Assembly: GCA_963796105.1 (NCBI GenBank)
Contig: CAWCKJ010000009.1
Coordinates: 32,001-96,000, forward strand
Direction: 5' to 3'
Origin: a candidate division FCPU426 bacterium
GTDB lineage: Bacteria > Oederibacteriota > Muellerivitia > Muellerivitales > Muellerivitaceae
Length of the DNA stretch: 64,000 bases
The translations under genes were made by a program, and so were the position numbers. Below are positions 44,063 through 53,833 of the stretch, in pieces; position 1 is the first letter of the stretch; each line of letters starts with the position of its first letter. Below the pieces are notes generated by a model, which saw nothing but the letters and a program-made list of their open reading frames with translations, had not been told where the DNA came from and did no database searches.

Positions 44063-45403
44063 TTATTGGGTAACTTCCGCCTTTACCTGTCCATCTTTCG
44101 CGCCCATGACCTTTACCGTGATATCTTTCCCCAATTGATTTCCTTCCCTTGGAAAATAAACTCTCAAACCGTTATTTGTCAGTCCGGAATAGGATTGATC
44201 GTCATGTTTTTCAACGATGACACGGAAAGTTTTGCGCAATGCCTGTGACGCCAAATTTATAAGGCATTCCTTTCGAAGGGCTTTCAGTCGTTTCATTCGA
44301 TCATGAATCAAGGAATCGCTCACTTTAGGCTCTAGCTTGTCGCCGATCGTTCCAGGCCGATCTGAATAAGGAAAAGGGTGAAAGTCCGAAAATTTCAATT
44401 CACTTATGAAATTTAAAGTATTCTGGAAATTCTCTTCCGTTTCCCCTGGAAAACCCGCGATCACATCGGTGGTGAGACCAAGAGAGGGTGCCACAGCTCG
44501 GACTTTTTCAACTGTTCGGCGAAAATTCTCAAGTGTGTAAGGCCGCCGCATCACTTTCAATAGGGCCGGATCCCCGCTTTGGAGCGGCAGGTGGAGATGA
44601 GGACAAAAGCCCTTGTCCTCTTTCCATAAGTCAAGGAGGGCGTCCTCAAAATCCGCCACTCCATAGGAGGACAAGCGAATCCTTTGAATACCTTTGATTC
44701 CTAATAGTCCTTTGATAACCGGGGCCAATCGGGGCTCGGACGTCTTGTACCCCCAATCCCGTCCGTAGGAAGATAACTGGATGCCCGTTAAAACTAATTC
44801 TTTGGTTCCACAATCCGAGAGCCTTTTCCCCTCGGCCAGGATTTCATCCTTGGGCCGGGAAATGACTTTTCCTCTAACCCTGGGAACCAGACAGAATGAA
44901 CAGCCAAAATTGCAACCTTCCTGTACCTTTACAATGGCCCTTTGGTGCTCGTCAAAACGGGTGATCCCCAACCCCCAGGGGATGCTCCCGAAGCCATTGA
45001 AATATTCCGGATGGGGGGTAATGAGCTCGGGTTTTGGATAGGCTTCAAGGATTTTTCGAAGAAATGCTGGTTTTCCATCATTGCCAATCACTAAATTTAC
45101 ACCCACTTGAGAGGCGACTTCTTCAGGCCGGTCCTGCGCCAGACAACCGGTCACCACAACGAACGAATCGGGATTTTGGGCCTTCGCACGTCGGATCAGC
45201 ATTCTTCCCTCGGAATCCGCCGCCGCAGTCACGGTGCAGGTATTGATAACATAAATATCAGCTATTTCCCCAAAGGGAATTGGGACTAGATTGGTCCTTT
45301 CCAATTGTTCTTTCATAGCTTGGGTGTCGTATTGGTTTACCCGGCAACCCAAAGTTGTAAAGGCTATGGTGGTTGAATGGTGGGTCATGAGTGTTTTACT
45401 CAT
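44063..45403 (-). CDS. mtaB: tRNA t6A37 methylthiotransferase
   Basis: TLGCRVNQYD, NTCTVT, GCNFGCSFC radical-SAM motif, HLPLQSG and GFPGET. Confidence 0.9.
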   Translation of the reverse strand: MSKTLMTHHSTTIAFTTLGCRVNQYDTQAMKEQLERTNLVPIPFGEIADIYVINTCTVTAAADSEGRMLIRRAKAQNPDSFVVVTGCLAQDRPEEVASQVGVNLVIGNDGKPAFLRKILEAYPKPELITPHPEYFNGFGSIPWGLGITRFDEHQRAIVKVQEGCNFGCSFCLVPRVRGKVISRPKDEILAEGKRLSDCGTKELVLTGIQLSSYGRDWGYKTSEPRLAPVIKGLLGIKGIQRIRLSSYGVADFEDALLDLWKEDKGFCPHLHLPLQSGDPALLKVMRRPYTLENFRRTVEKVRAVAPSLGLTTDVIAGFPGETEENFQNTLNFISELKFSDFHPFPYSDRPGTIGDKLEPKVSDSLIHDRMKRLKALRKECLINLASQALRKTFRVIVEKHDDQSYSGLTNNGLRVYFPREGNQLGKDITVKVMGAKDGQVKAEVTQ

Positions 45404-45530
45404 TTTATCCAGATCTTGTTGGGGATTTCCAGGCGTACCGGAAAAAAGAGAGCGAAAATGCTATCCATGAACAAATCGTCCATAACGGGTGAGGTGAATA
45501 GGTACGTCTTAGGATTAATAAGGAAGAAAT

Positions 45531-45559
45531 AAAAAAAACGGGGGCCGTAGGCCCCCGTT
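45531..45559 (-). terminator. Intrinsic terminator
   Basis: AACGGGGGCC-TAC-GGCCCCCGTT plus T tract on the minus strand. Confidence 0.85.
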
Positions 45560-45583
45560 CACATGTTCTTTTTAAACCGGGTT

Positions 45584-47152
45584 TTAGAATAAGAAGGTCA
45601 GGTTCAAGCCGCCAAGAACACCGCTGAAATCCAAATCCAGCTTGGATGAGCTTTTCCATAACTGGGTAGCCGCAAGCGTGCTGTTGGAAACTTCCCCGGT
45701 GCTGTTATTGAGCATCAAAGTCCCATTGGAATTTTTCAGGTTGGTTACATCCAGGTACTTATATCCAATATAGGGTCCAAACCCGATATCCGGGCCCAAG
45801 TAAAAATCCACGCCCAAAACAGCATGGCCGCCTAGCCCCAAAGTTGAATAATCCCCGCCCCCGCCTGCACTGGAACTAGGATCTTGCTGATGGGCATAAG
45901 TGCCGGTGTGATCGTATATTTCCTTGGTGAAAGTAACATTGGTAGGTGAAAAATCAAACCCCGCGCCGAAATATCCTTTGGTCTTTGCATCGCCAAAAAG
46001 GAATTTCATTCCCAAACTTCCTGTAAAGGCCGAGATATCATAATCATATTTGACGACATTCGGGTTGAACCCATCCCAGCTGAGCTGACCGTAATCATAA
46101 GTGGTGTAAGACATGGTCCCCAGGGGCAAATAATAACCGGCCAAATCCACCTCAAATTGGGGGCTGACCTGGGCGAAAAATTCCAACCCCGGCATGGATA
46201 TAAAATTCGGGGTCAATCCGGACATCGAAACTGAACCTGCCGCAGCTAAAGCCGTTTTGATTTTGGTTGGGTCTGACTGTATATAATCCATGGAAGCTCC
46301 CACATGGATTCCGAGAACAATTTCATTTTTGGCGGGCTTACCTGGTCCAGAGGCCACAGCCACGCCAGCTTGAGAAAACTTGCTGAGTTGATCTTCCACC
46401 CATTTTTGATCAATGGGATTAAGGGTTTTTTTGATCCGTTCCGAATAAGTCAAAAGGGATGCATTAGGTTGTTTTAAATTCGCCACCCCAAAATATAAGG
46501 CGGAGAGTTTATTGTTCCTAATCATGTAATAGCTATAAGCTTCATAGTAATAAGGAAGATAATTATTTGGGCTTTGGCTTGAGGCTTGTTGAAAATAAGG
46601 AATGGCTGCCGCGTATTGCTTCTGTTGGAACAGGACCTTTCCTTGGGCCAAAGGATCTGCGGCCAAACCCATGCCGGCAGCTGTTCCAACCGTATTAGCT
46701 CCCGCCACGGGAGAAATTACGGCCGGGGCAGAAGTTCCCGTGCTTGGAGCTACAGCAGGAGCGGCGCCAGCTGGCGCGACAGCCCCTGTTGTTGCCGTAA
46801 CAGCCGGCGTGGCAGACAACTTAGCTTTTAAGCTTTGGACAAATTGGGCCAATTGAGGGTTATTGGGTTGAAGATTCAACGCCCTTTGGAAACAGGTCAA
46901 GGCATATGGCTTTTGGTTAAGAAAATAATAGCAGTTCCCCAGGCTTTGATAAGCTGATGCATATGCGGGATTTAACTTAATCGCCGCGTAATAATATTTG
47001 CCAGCCTGGGCATAACTATGAGCGGCATAAAGTTTGTTTGCCGCCGCAAGGTATTGAGAAGCAGTGGCCCCCTGGGCATGCAAAGCATCTGGAATTTCAA
47101 GGCTAATCAATATCCCTAAAAATAAAAAAACATATTTTCCAAAGCCGCGCAT
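45584..47152 (-). CDS. Secreted TPR protein with C-terminal outer-membrane beta-barrel
   Basis: Signal peptide, two TPR blocks separated by an Ala/Pro linker, and amphipathic strands ending GLNLTFLF. Confidence 0.7.
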   Translation of the reverse strand: MRGFGKYVFLFLGILISLEIPDALHAQGATASQYLAAANKLYAAHSYAQAGKYYYAAIKLNPAYASAYQSLGNCYYFLNQKPYALTCFQRALNLQPNNPQLAQFVQSLKAKLSATPAVTATTGAVAPAGAAPAVAPSTGTSAPAVISPVAGANTVGTAAGMGLAADPLAQGKVLFQQKQYAAAIPYFQQASSQSPNNYLPYYYEAYSYYMIRNNKLSALYFGVANLKQPNASLLTYSERIKKTLNPIDQKWVEDQLSKFSQAGVAVASGPGKPAKNEIVLGIHVGASMDYIQSDPTKIKTALAAAGSVSMSGLTPNFISMPGLEFFAQVSPQFEVDLAGYYLPLGTMSYTTYDYGQLSWDGFNPNVVKYDYDISAFTGSLGMKFLFGDAKTKGYFGAGFDFSPTNVTFTKEIYDHTGTYAHQQDPSSSAGGGGDYSTLGLGGHAVLGVDFYLGPDIGFGPYIGYKYLDVTNLKNSNGTLMLNNSTGEVSNSTLAATQLWKSSSKLDLDFSGVLGGLNLTFLF

Positions 47153-47373
47153 TTCCGCCTCCGAATTTGGGTTAAGGAACTTTCAATAATGGTTTTTGGA
47201 CTAACCTGGGACATTATAAAGTGTTTTAAAAACCCGTCTAGAAAAATGATTTTTACTCAAATAGCCGTTGCCAAGCCTTTTTTAAGAACTTTGGCCTTGT
47301 TTTAACCTAAAAACGTCGGACAATGAAAAACCCATTGAAAACTGACGTCCCGATATCATTATGATGTATTTAT

Positions 47374-48564
47374 TTATGTTAGGGATGCCTCCACTTCCCG
47401 CGCGCCTTCTTGGGGTTCGTTGATAAAAACCTGCGGAGATATATTAACCAGTTTTTTATATTCTCCCTTAACCCGGTCCACAAATTCATCCGCTTTCCCC
47501 GCCTCCACCAAGCAGAGGATTGAACCGCCCCACCCTATTCCTTCCATCCTAGAACCCAGGCAACCTGGCTGCCGTCGAATAATTTGAGACAAAATATCCA
47601 CTTCCTCGCAACCCACCTTGAGTTTTTCAATCAGCGAATCGTGGGACTCGGATAACAGGGCTCCCAAACCCCTGTAATCGCCTTTCATCATGATTTCCTT
47701 CGCTTTTCTAACTCTTTGGTTCTCATAGACGACATGATCCAAACGTTTTCTTTGAATGATATCTATTTTTTTTCGGACAGCTTCATAAGACTCAATATCC
47801 ACATCACGGAGGGAAAGGACTTTGGGCACATATTTGCGAATCTCAAGCAATAACTGATTGAATAGATCCAACCGCTTTTTAAACTCATCCTCCCGTTCCT
47901 TTTTCCGCACCCCGCTGTCCACCACCACCAATTTGCATATTTTCCCGTCAAAAGGTGTGTACTCCGGCTTGAAGGAACGGGCATCAAAAAGTACCAGCTG
48001 GTCTTTTTTTGAGAATTTAACCGCGTAAGGGCTGAAATAATCCCCCCTGAGATTCATGAATTGATTTTCAACGCGGTGGCATAGCTTCACCAAGGTAGAA
48101 TCATCAAGCGGCTGGGTTCCGAGGGCGTTACAGGCCACTGCGGTGGCTACCGTGATGGCCGCCGATAAACCCATTCCAACACCTTCCGGCATGTCTCCGG
48201 CTAATACCATCTGCAGGCCGTCAATTTTCCTTCCAGTCCTGCCATAGAAATAAACAACGCCTTTGGGAAAATTCGCCCACCCATCCTCCCGGTCAAACTT
48301 CAGGGTAAGAAGAGAAACCTTTATTTTCTCATCATATTGAAGGGAATGGAAACAGGCTTCCTTGTCATTTCTGCGCTGGGCGGCAACCAACATCTGGTGG
48401 TTGCCCGCGGCCAAAAGGCTGTAACCTTCAACCGCTTCTGTATATTCCCCGCCCAAAAGGATAATGCGGCTTGGCGCGGCGACCAATGTAACTTTTCTCC
48501 CGCCATCCCCGTACTGGTGGACAAAAGTCATCAAGGCTTTTTTAGCGAGCTCTTCAAGAGGCAT
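47374..48564 (-). CDS. Galactokinase-like GHMP protein with degenerate motifs
   Basis: APSRIILLG, WANFPKGV, GDMPEGVGMGLSAA, HVVYENQRV, SHDSL and GSRMEGIGWGG. Confidence 0.75.
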   Translation of the reverse strand: MPLEELAKKALMTFVHQYGDGGRKVTLVAAPSRIILLGGEYTEAVEGYSLLAAGNHQMLVAAQRRNDKEACFHSLQYDEKIKVSLLTLKFDREDGWANFPKGVVYFYGRTGRKIDGLQMVLAGDMPEGVGMGLSAAITVATAVACNALGTQPLDDSTLVKLCHRVENQFMNLRGDYFSPYAVKFSKKDQLVLFDARSFKPEYTPFDGKICKLVVVDSGVRKKEREDEFKKRLDLFNQLLLEIRKYVPKVLSLRDVDIESYEAVRKKIDIIQRKRLDHVVYENQRVRKAKEIMMKGDYRGLGALLSESHDSLIEKLKVGCEEVDILSQIIRRQPGCLGSRMEGIGWGGSILCLVEAGKADEFVDRVKGEYKKLVNISPQVFINEPQEGAREVEASLT

Positions 48565-48606
48565 TCATCCCTCCGGAAATATTTTTCTGGATTAAATTCC
48601 TATCGA

Positions 48607-49428
48607 TCATCCATGTTTGATTAATACAATAAAATAAAACAACACCGGCGCGTTAAAAATCAAACCATCGATACGGTCAAAAATACCGCCATGCCCAGGA
48701 ATCATCGTTCCGGAATCCTTGGCCCTCAAACTTCTTTTAACAAGCGACTCCGTCAGATCCCCCAATTGGGCAAAAACAGACAAAGTAACTGAGAGAAGAA
48801 CAACTTCCACTCCCGAATATGCTTGGAAAACAGGGAAAATTTTCCACGTCAGGAGAAGCGCCAGGGTCGCCAGAAGAAAACCGCCCGCGCATCCTTCCCA
48901 TGTTTTATGAGGGGAAGTCTTTGGCGCTAACGGGTGCTTTCCAAAACTCTTACCAAAAAAATAACCCCCAGAATCATATGCCCAAGTGGCTAAGTAAAGC
49001 CAAACCAAATACCAAGGACCATGGTTCAATTCACGAAGCCGAAATAAATACCCGGCAAATATTCCAAAGTATGCCACGCCAAAAAAAGTAACACTGACGC
49101 TAAAAATCATGTCCTTTACGGGACGAGAGGAACCTAAATAAGAAATAGTGATGAGAAAAAATGCCATCAGAAAAGAGGCTTCCTCGGACCACATAAACCA
49201 AGGCTTTAAAAGCCAGGGGAAGAGAAAAAAACTCAATGCCAACAGTCCTTCAATTTTTAGGATTTTCAGCCCTTTTAATTCGGCTAATTTTAAAAACTCA
49301 AGAAGGCATAATGAAAAAACCGCCGATACCAAGAGACGCCAAGGAAAGGATGTCTCCAAGAAGGTCAAAATCAAAATAACTGGTATGGCTATAGCCGCCG
49401 ATAACATTCTTTTGGTCAAGGGGCCCAT
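48607..49428 (-). CDS. cdsA: Phosphatidate cytidylyltransferase
   Basis: SPHKTWEG and GDLTESLVKR..KDSG..IPGHGGIFDRID. Confidence 0.96.
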   Translation of the reverse strand: MGPLTKRMLSAAIAIPVILILTFLETSFPWRLLVSAVFSLCLLEFLKLAELKGLKILKIEGLLALSFFLFPWLLKPWFMWSEEASFLMAFFLITISYLGSSRPVKDMIFSVSVTFFGVAYFGIFAGYLFRLRELNHGPWYLVWLYLATWAYDSGGYFFGKSFGKHPLAPKTSPHKTWEGCAGGFLLATLALLLTWKIFPVFQAYSGVEVVLLSVTLSVFAQLGDLTESLVKRSLRAKDSGTMIPGHGGIFDRIDGLIFNAPVLFYFIVLIKHG

Positions 49429-50198
49429 GAAGTAGAACTCCCAAGAACACTTTTGATTCCGCCAAATCGCCTTTTCCGTTTTTGAAAATCACTTAAGGCC
49501 TTGACGAAATGCCTGGTCCTGAAATCGGGCCAGAGGGTCGATGTGACGTGGAACTCGGAATAAGCCAACTCCCAAAGCAAAAAGTTCGAAATTCTCATTT
49601 CCCCGCTCGTCCGAATCAAAAGGTCTACTTCAGGAAGGGATGCCGTGGATAGAAATCGAGTAATCGTATTTTCTCGGACAGCGGAGGATTTGATTTGACC
49701 CGTCTTTATTTTTTGGGTGATTTTCTTGAAAGCGCTCAATAGATCGGACCGTCCGCTGTAAGAAAGGGCCAAAACTAGAGTAAGCCCTTTGCAATGCGCG
49801 GTAGTTTGAATGGCCTTTCGAAGTTCTTTTCGAATGGGCGGTGGCAGCTGCCCGGTATTCCCGATGGTTTGAAGCTTAACATCGTTTCGGAGAAGTTCTT
49901 GTACCTCGTTGCGCAAGTACTGGCGCAGGAGAGCCATTAACAGCCTTATCTCCCGCCGGGGTCTTTTCCAGTTTTCAGTCGAAAAAGCGTAAAGGGTCAA
50001 TGCCTCCAACCCCAATTCTCCGGAAAATCGGACGATTTCACGAATCGTTGCCGCCCCCGCCCGATGTCCGGCGATCCGGGGCAGGCCTCGCTTTTTCGCC
50101 CATCGTCCGTTTCCGTCCATAATGATGGCGACATGCCTGGGCAAATTTGGTTTTAATCGGTGGCGTTTTAGGAGTGAATCCAGTTTCGCGGTATGCAA
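49416..50198 (-). CDS. uppS: Undecaprenyl diphosphate synthase
   Basis: IIMDGNGRWA, FSTENWKRP and RTSGEMRISNF. Confidence 0.97.
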   Translation of the reverse strand: MHTAKLDSLLKRHRLKPNLPRHVAIIMDGNGRWAKKRGLPRIAGHRAGAATIREIVRFSGELGLEALTLYAFSTENWKRPRREIRLLMALLRQYLRNEVQELLRNDVKLQTIGNTGQLPPPIRKELRKAIQTTAHCKGLTLVLALSYSGRSDLLSAFKKITQKIKTGQIKSSAVRENTITRFLSTASLPEVDLLIRTSGEMRISNFLLWELAYSEFHVTSTLWPDFRTRHFVKALSDFQKRKRRFGGIKSVLGSSTSWAP

Positions 50199-50206
50199 AG
50201 GGGGTT

Positions 50207-50770
50207 TTAGAACTCCATGATTTCTTTTTCCTTGTGAACGCTCAAGGCATTGACTTCCTGGGTATGGGCGTCGGTCATTTTCTGGATGCGGTCATGGAAT
50301 TTCTTGAATTCATCTTCCGTGATAGTCTTGTCCTTTTTAAGCTGTTCCAAATGCTTGTTGGCGTCTTGACGAATGGAACGAATGGCGACACGCCCGCTTT
50401 CAGCGTCTTTATGGACCAGTTTCACGAATTCCTTGCGGCGTTCCTCGGTTAACGGCGGAAGGTTGATTCGGATGACTTTTCCATCGTTATTAGGGGTCAA
50501 CCCAAGATCGCTTTTAAGAATGGCTTTCTCGATTTCGGTAAGGGCCTGGGCATCCCAGGGCTTTAGTTCGATTGTTTTGGAATCGGGTATGGATAGATTG
50601 GCGACCTGGTTGATGGGCACTAAACTTCCGTAATACTCCACCTTGATATGTTCCACCAGGGAGGTGGTGGCCCGCCCGGTTCGTATTCCGGCGAAATCGC
50701 GTTTCGTGGAATCAATGACCTTTTTCATCTTGGATTCCGATTCGCTGATAACTTGATTTGCGTCGGGCAT
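50207..50770 (-). CDS. frr: Ribosome recycling factor
   Basis: IRTGRA and PPLTEERRKE. Confidence 0.98.
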   Translation of the reverse strand: MPDANQVISESESKMKKVIDSTKRDFAGIRTGRATTSLVEHIKVEYYGSLVPINQVANLSIPDSKTIELKPWDAQALTEIEKAILKSDLGLTPNNDGKVIRINLPPLTEERRKEFVKLVHKDAESGRVAIRSIRQDANKHLEQLKKDKTITEDEFKKFHDRIQKMTDAHTQEVNALSVHKEKEIMEF

Positions 50771-51005
50771 TTATCAAACCTCGCGTTTAAACTTGTCGTA
50801 GTCTAAATTAGTTTTCTTTCCATCGGTCTCAACATTCAAACCCGCAACCAATAATTTGAAACCCCTGAGAAACTATTAAAAAGCGACCAACAGAGGTTTC
50901 GACCCCAAAGATCTCCGCAGGAAATAGTGGGGTTTCCATAAATGTTTTACTAAAAAAGGAGGCGATAGCCGGCTTTATTAGAGTTTACGATTTATAAAAA
51001 AGCGC

Positions 51006-51752
<747 letters not shown>

Positions 51753-51848
51753 TTATTCCTCGAGACACATGGCTAATTTTTAAAAAAATCAAATTTCCAG
51801 ATGAAACATTTTAAATGTATAAGAAACTAATCCTAATAGCAGACAGTA

Positions 51849-52442
51849 TCACGAATCTCCCAATTGAAACCGGCAGAACCGTTTCACCACCAAATTTTCG
51901 CCTAATTTCGCCGCAACTTCCGTCAATAATTGTTTCACCGTTTTCTTGGGTTCCCGGATGTAGGGCTGCTCTAGGAGGCAGACTTGTTTGAAATAACTCT
52001 CGATTTTCCCGTCGGCGATTTTTTGCTGGACAGTCTCGGGTTTGCCGGATTGCTTGGCCTCATTCAAATAGATGGCCCTCTCCTGTTCCAATTCGGACGC
52101 AGGGACTTCTTCTTTCATAACATACTTGGGGATTGAAGCCGCTACCTGCATGGCCAACTCTTTAGCAAGATTCTGGAAATCAGGCGTTTTTGCCACAAAA
52201 TCCGTCTCGCAATTCACTTCCACGAGTACGCCCACTTTTCCGCCATGGATATAACTTCCTATGATTCCCTGATTGGCGTTTCTCCCGACCCTTTTCGCCA
52301 CTTGGGCCACGCCTTTTTCCCGCAACCAAACAACGGCCTTCTCAAAGTCACCCTTAGTTTCAGCCAGGGCTTTTTTGCAATCCATCATGCCGGCGCCGGT
52401 TTTCTCGCGCAATTCCTTCACCGCGTTCGCTGTGATTTCCAT
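51849..52442 (-). CDS. tsf: Elongation factor Ts (short form, 197 aa)
   Basis: [19 protein letters not shown] and NCETDFV. Confidence 0.98.
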   Translation of the reverse strand: MEITANAVKELREKTGAGMMDCKKALAETKGDFEKAVVWLREKGVAQVAKRVGRNANQGIIGSYIHGGKVGVLVEVNCETDFVAKTPDFQNLAKELAMQVAASIPKYVMKEEVPASELEQERAIYLNEAKQSGKPETVQQKIADGKIESYFKQVCLLEQPYIREPKKTVKQLLTEVAAKLGENLVVKRFCRFQLGDS

Positions 52443-52549
52443 TTTTCACCCCTCCGAAGCCTTTACACCATTGCCATTTTGGGTGGTTTTAAATGCCGGC
52501 TTCCTATAAATGATATTCTCAACACAACTCAAAGCAGGTTTAAGTGTTT

Positions 52550-53518
52550 TTAAGCCTTGTCGTCCCGGACCCGCTTCGTGCGAATACGTTCCACCTTCTC
52601 ATCCGCAAGCTCATCGGCCAAGACCGCTACCGTTTCAGCGTCCCCGGCAAGATGCTCGACATTGCCGATCAAAAGCTCGGCCACTTCTTTCTTTTCTTCG
52701 GTTGTTTCAGGAATATCCTGGGTGATTTCTTCGGTTACAACGGGTATTTCCGCCTCTTTTTCAGCCGCGGCAAGCATTTCGGCCCCGACTTCAGTGGGAA
52801 GGGCGGCGGCTTCGGGCGAAATCTCTTTTCCTTCCAATTCCCTGGATCGTCCTTCCATCACGGCGCTGGCCATGACAGAGGCCATGAGTTTAACGGCCCT
52901 AATGGCGTCATCATTGCCGGGAATGACCAAATCCACCTCGCCTGGGTCGCAATTGGTGTCCACGACCGCCACAACAGGAATTCCCAGTTTGCGCGCTTCC
53001 TGCACTGCGATGTGCTCTTTTTTCGTGTCGATAACAAAAATAGCTCCGGGAAGTTTGGCAATATTTTTGATGCCTCCCAAGGATCGCTCCAGCTTCATCT
53101 TGTCTTTGTTTAACCTGGCTTGCTCCTTCTTCGACCTATCGGCCAATTCCTGCTCGGAAATGCCTTCCAGCTCCTTCAAGTAGGAAATGGATTTTTTGAT
53201 GGTCGTGAAGTTGGTCAGCATGCCTCCCAGCCAGCGGTAATTGACATAAGGCATGCCGCAGCGGTCAGCTTCTTCCTTGATCGCGTCTTGGGCCTGTTTC
53301 TTGGTGCCGACAAAAACAATAGAATCGCCGGCAGCCACTAAATCCTTGACGAATTGGTAGGCTTCCTTGAGCTTTTTAACTGTTTTTTGAAGATCAATAA
53401 TGTGAATCCCGTTGCGCTCGCCAAATATATAGAGAGCCATTTTGGGATTCCAACGGCGGGTCTGGTGGCCGAAATGGACCCCGGCTTCCAGTAACTGCTT
53501 CATTGAAACGGACATCAT
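52550..53518 (-). CDS. rpsB: 30S ribosomal protein S2 with acidic C-terminal extension
   Basis: [21 protein letters not shown] and PGNDDA. Confidence 0.98.
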   Translation of the reverse strand: MMSVSMKQLLEAGVHFGHQTRRWNPKMALYIFGERNGIHIIDLQKTVKKLKEAYQFVKDLVAAGDSIVFVGTKKQAQDAIKEEADRCGMPYVNYRWLGGMLTNFTTIKKSISYLKELEGISEQELADRSKKEQARLNKDKMKLERSLGGIKNIAKLPGAIFVIDTKKEHIAVQEARKLGIPVVAVVDTNCDPGEVDLVIPGNDDAIRAVKLMASVMASAVMEGRSRELEGKEISPEAAALPTEVGAEMLAAAEKEAEIPVVTEEITQDIPETTEEKKEVAELLIGNVEHLAGDAETVAVLADELADEKVERIRTKRVRDDKA

Positions 53519-53534
53519 GGTAATGCTCCTTTAG

Positions 53535-53626
53535 TTTTGCCACCGCTTTTTCTTTCCATTTGCGAATGGGTTCCTTTCTAATCCCTTATCAGGACCACTA
53601 AAAGGAACATTGGAAAAGCGTGTGAA
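53535..53626 (-). ncRNA. rpsB leader (t44-like S2 autoregulatory RNA)
   Basis: Minus strand CACACGC...nested stems...GCGGTGGC directly upstream of the rpsB SD (AAGGAG). Confidence 0.6.
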
Positions 53627-53833
53627 ATAGGCCGGCATCAAACTTCGCCCGGCGCCCCCTTGGTTTAAGATGAACCAAGGGAGTAAGGTTATAACACAAG
53701 GCCCCTAAAAACGACAAGGATTGTTTAACGAGAAAATACCGGAACATTTTAATTAGGCAAAAACATACCAAAAGCCTCAAATGATTTAGATAAACCCTCA
53801 GAGAAAAAGAACAAATTGATTAATTTTGATTAA

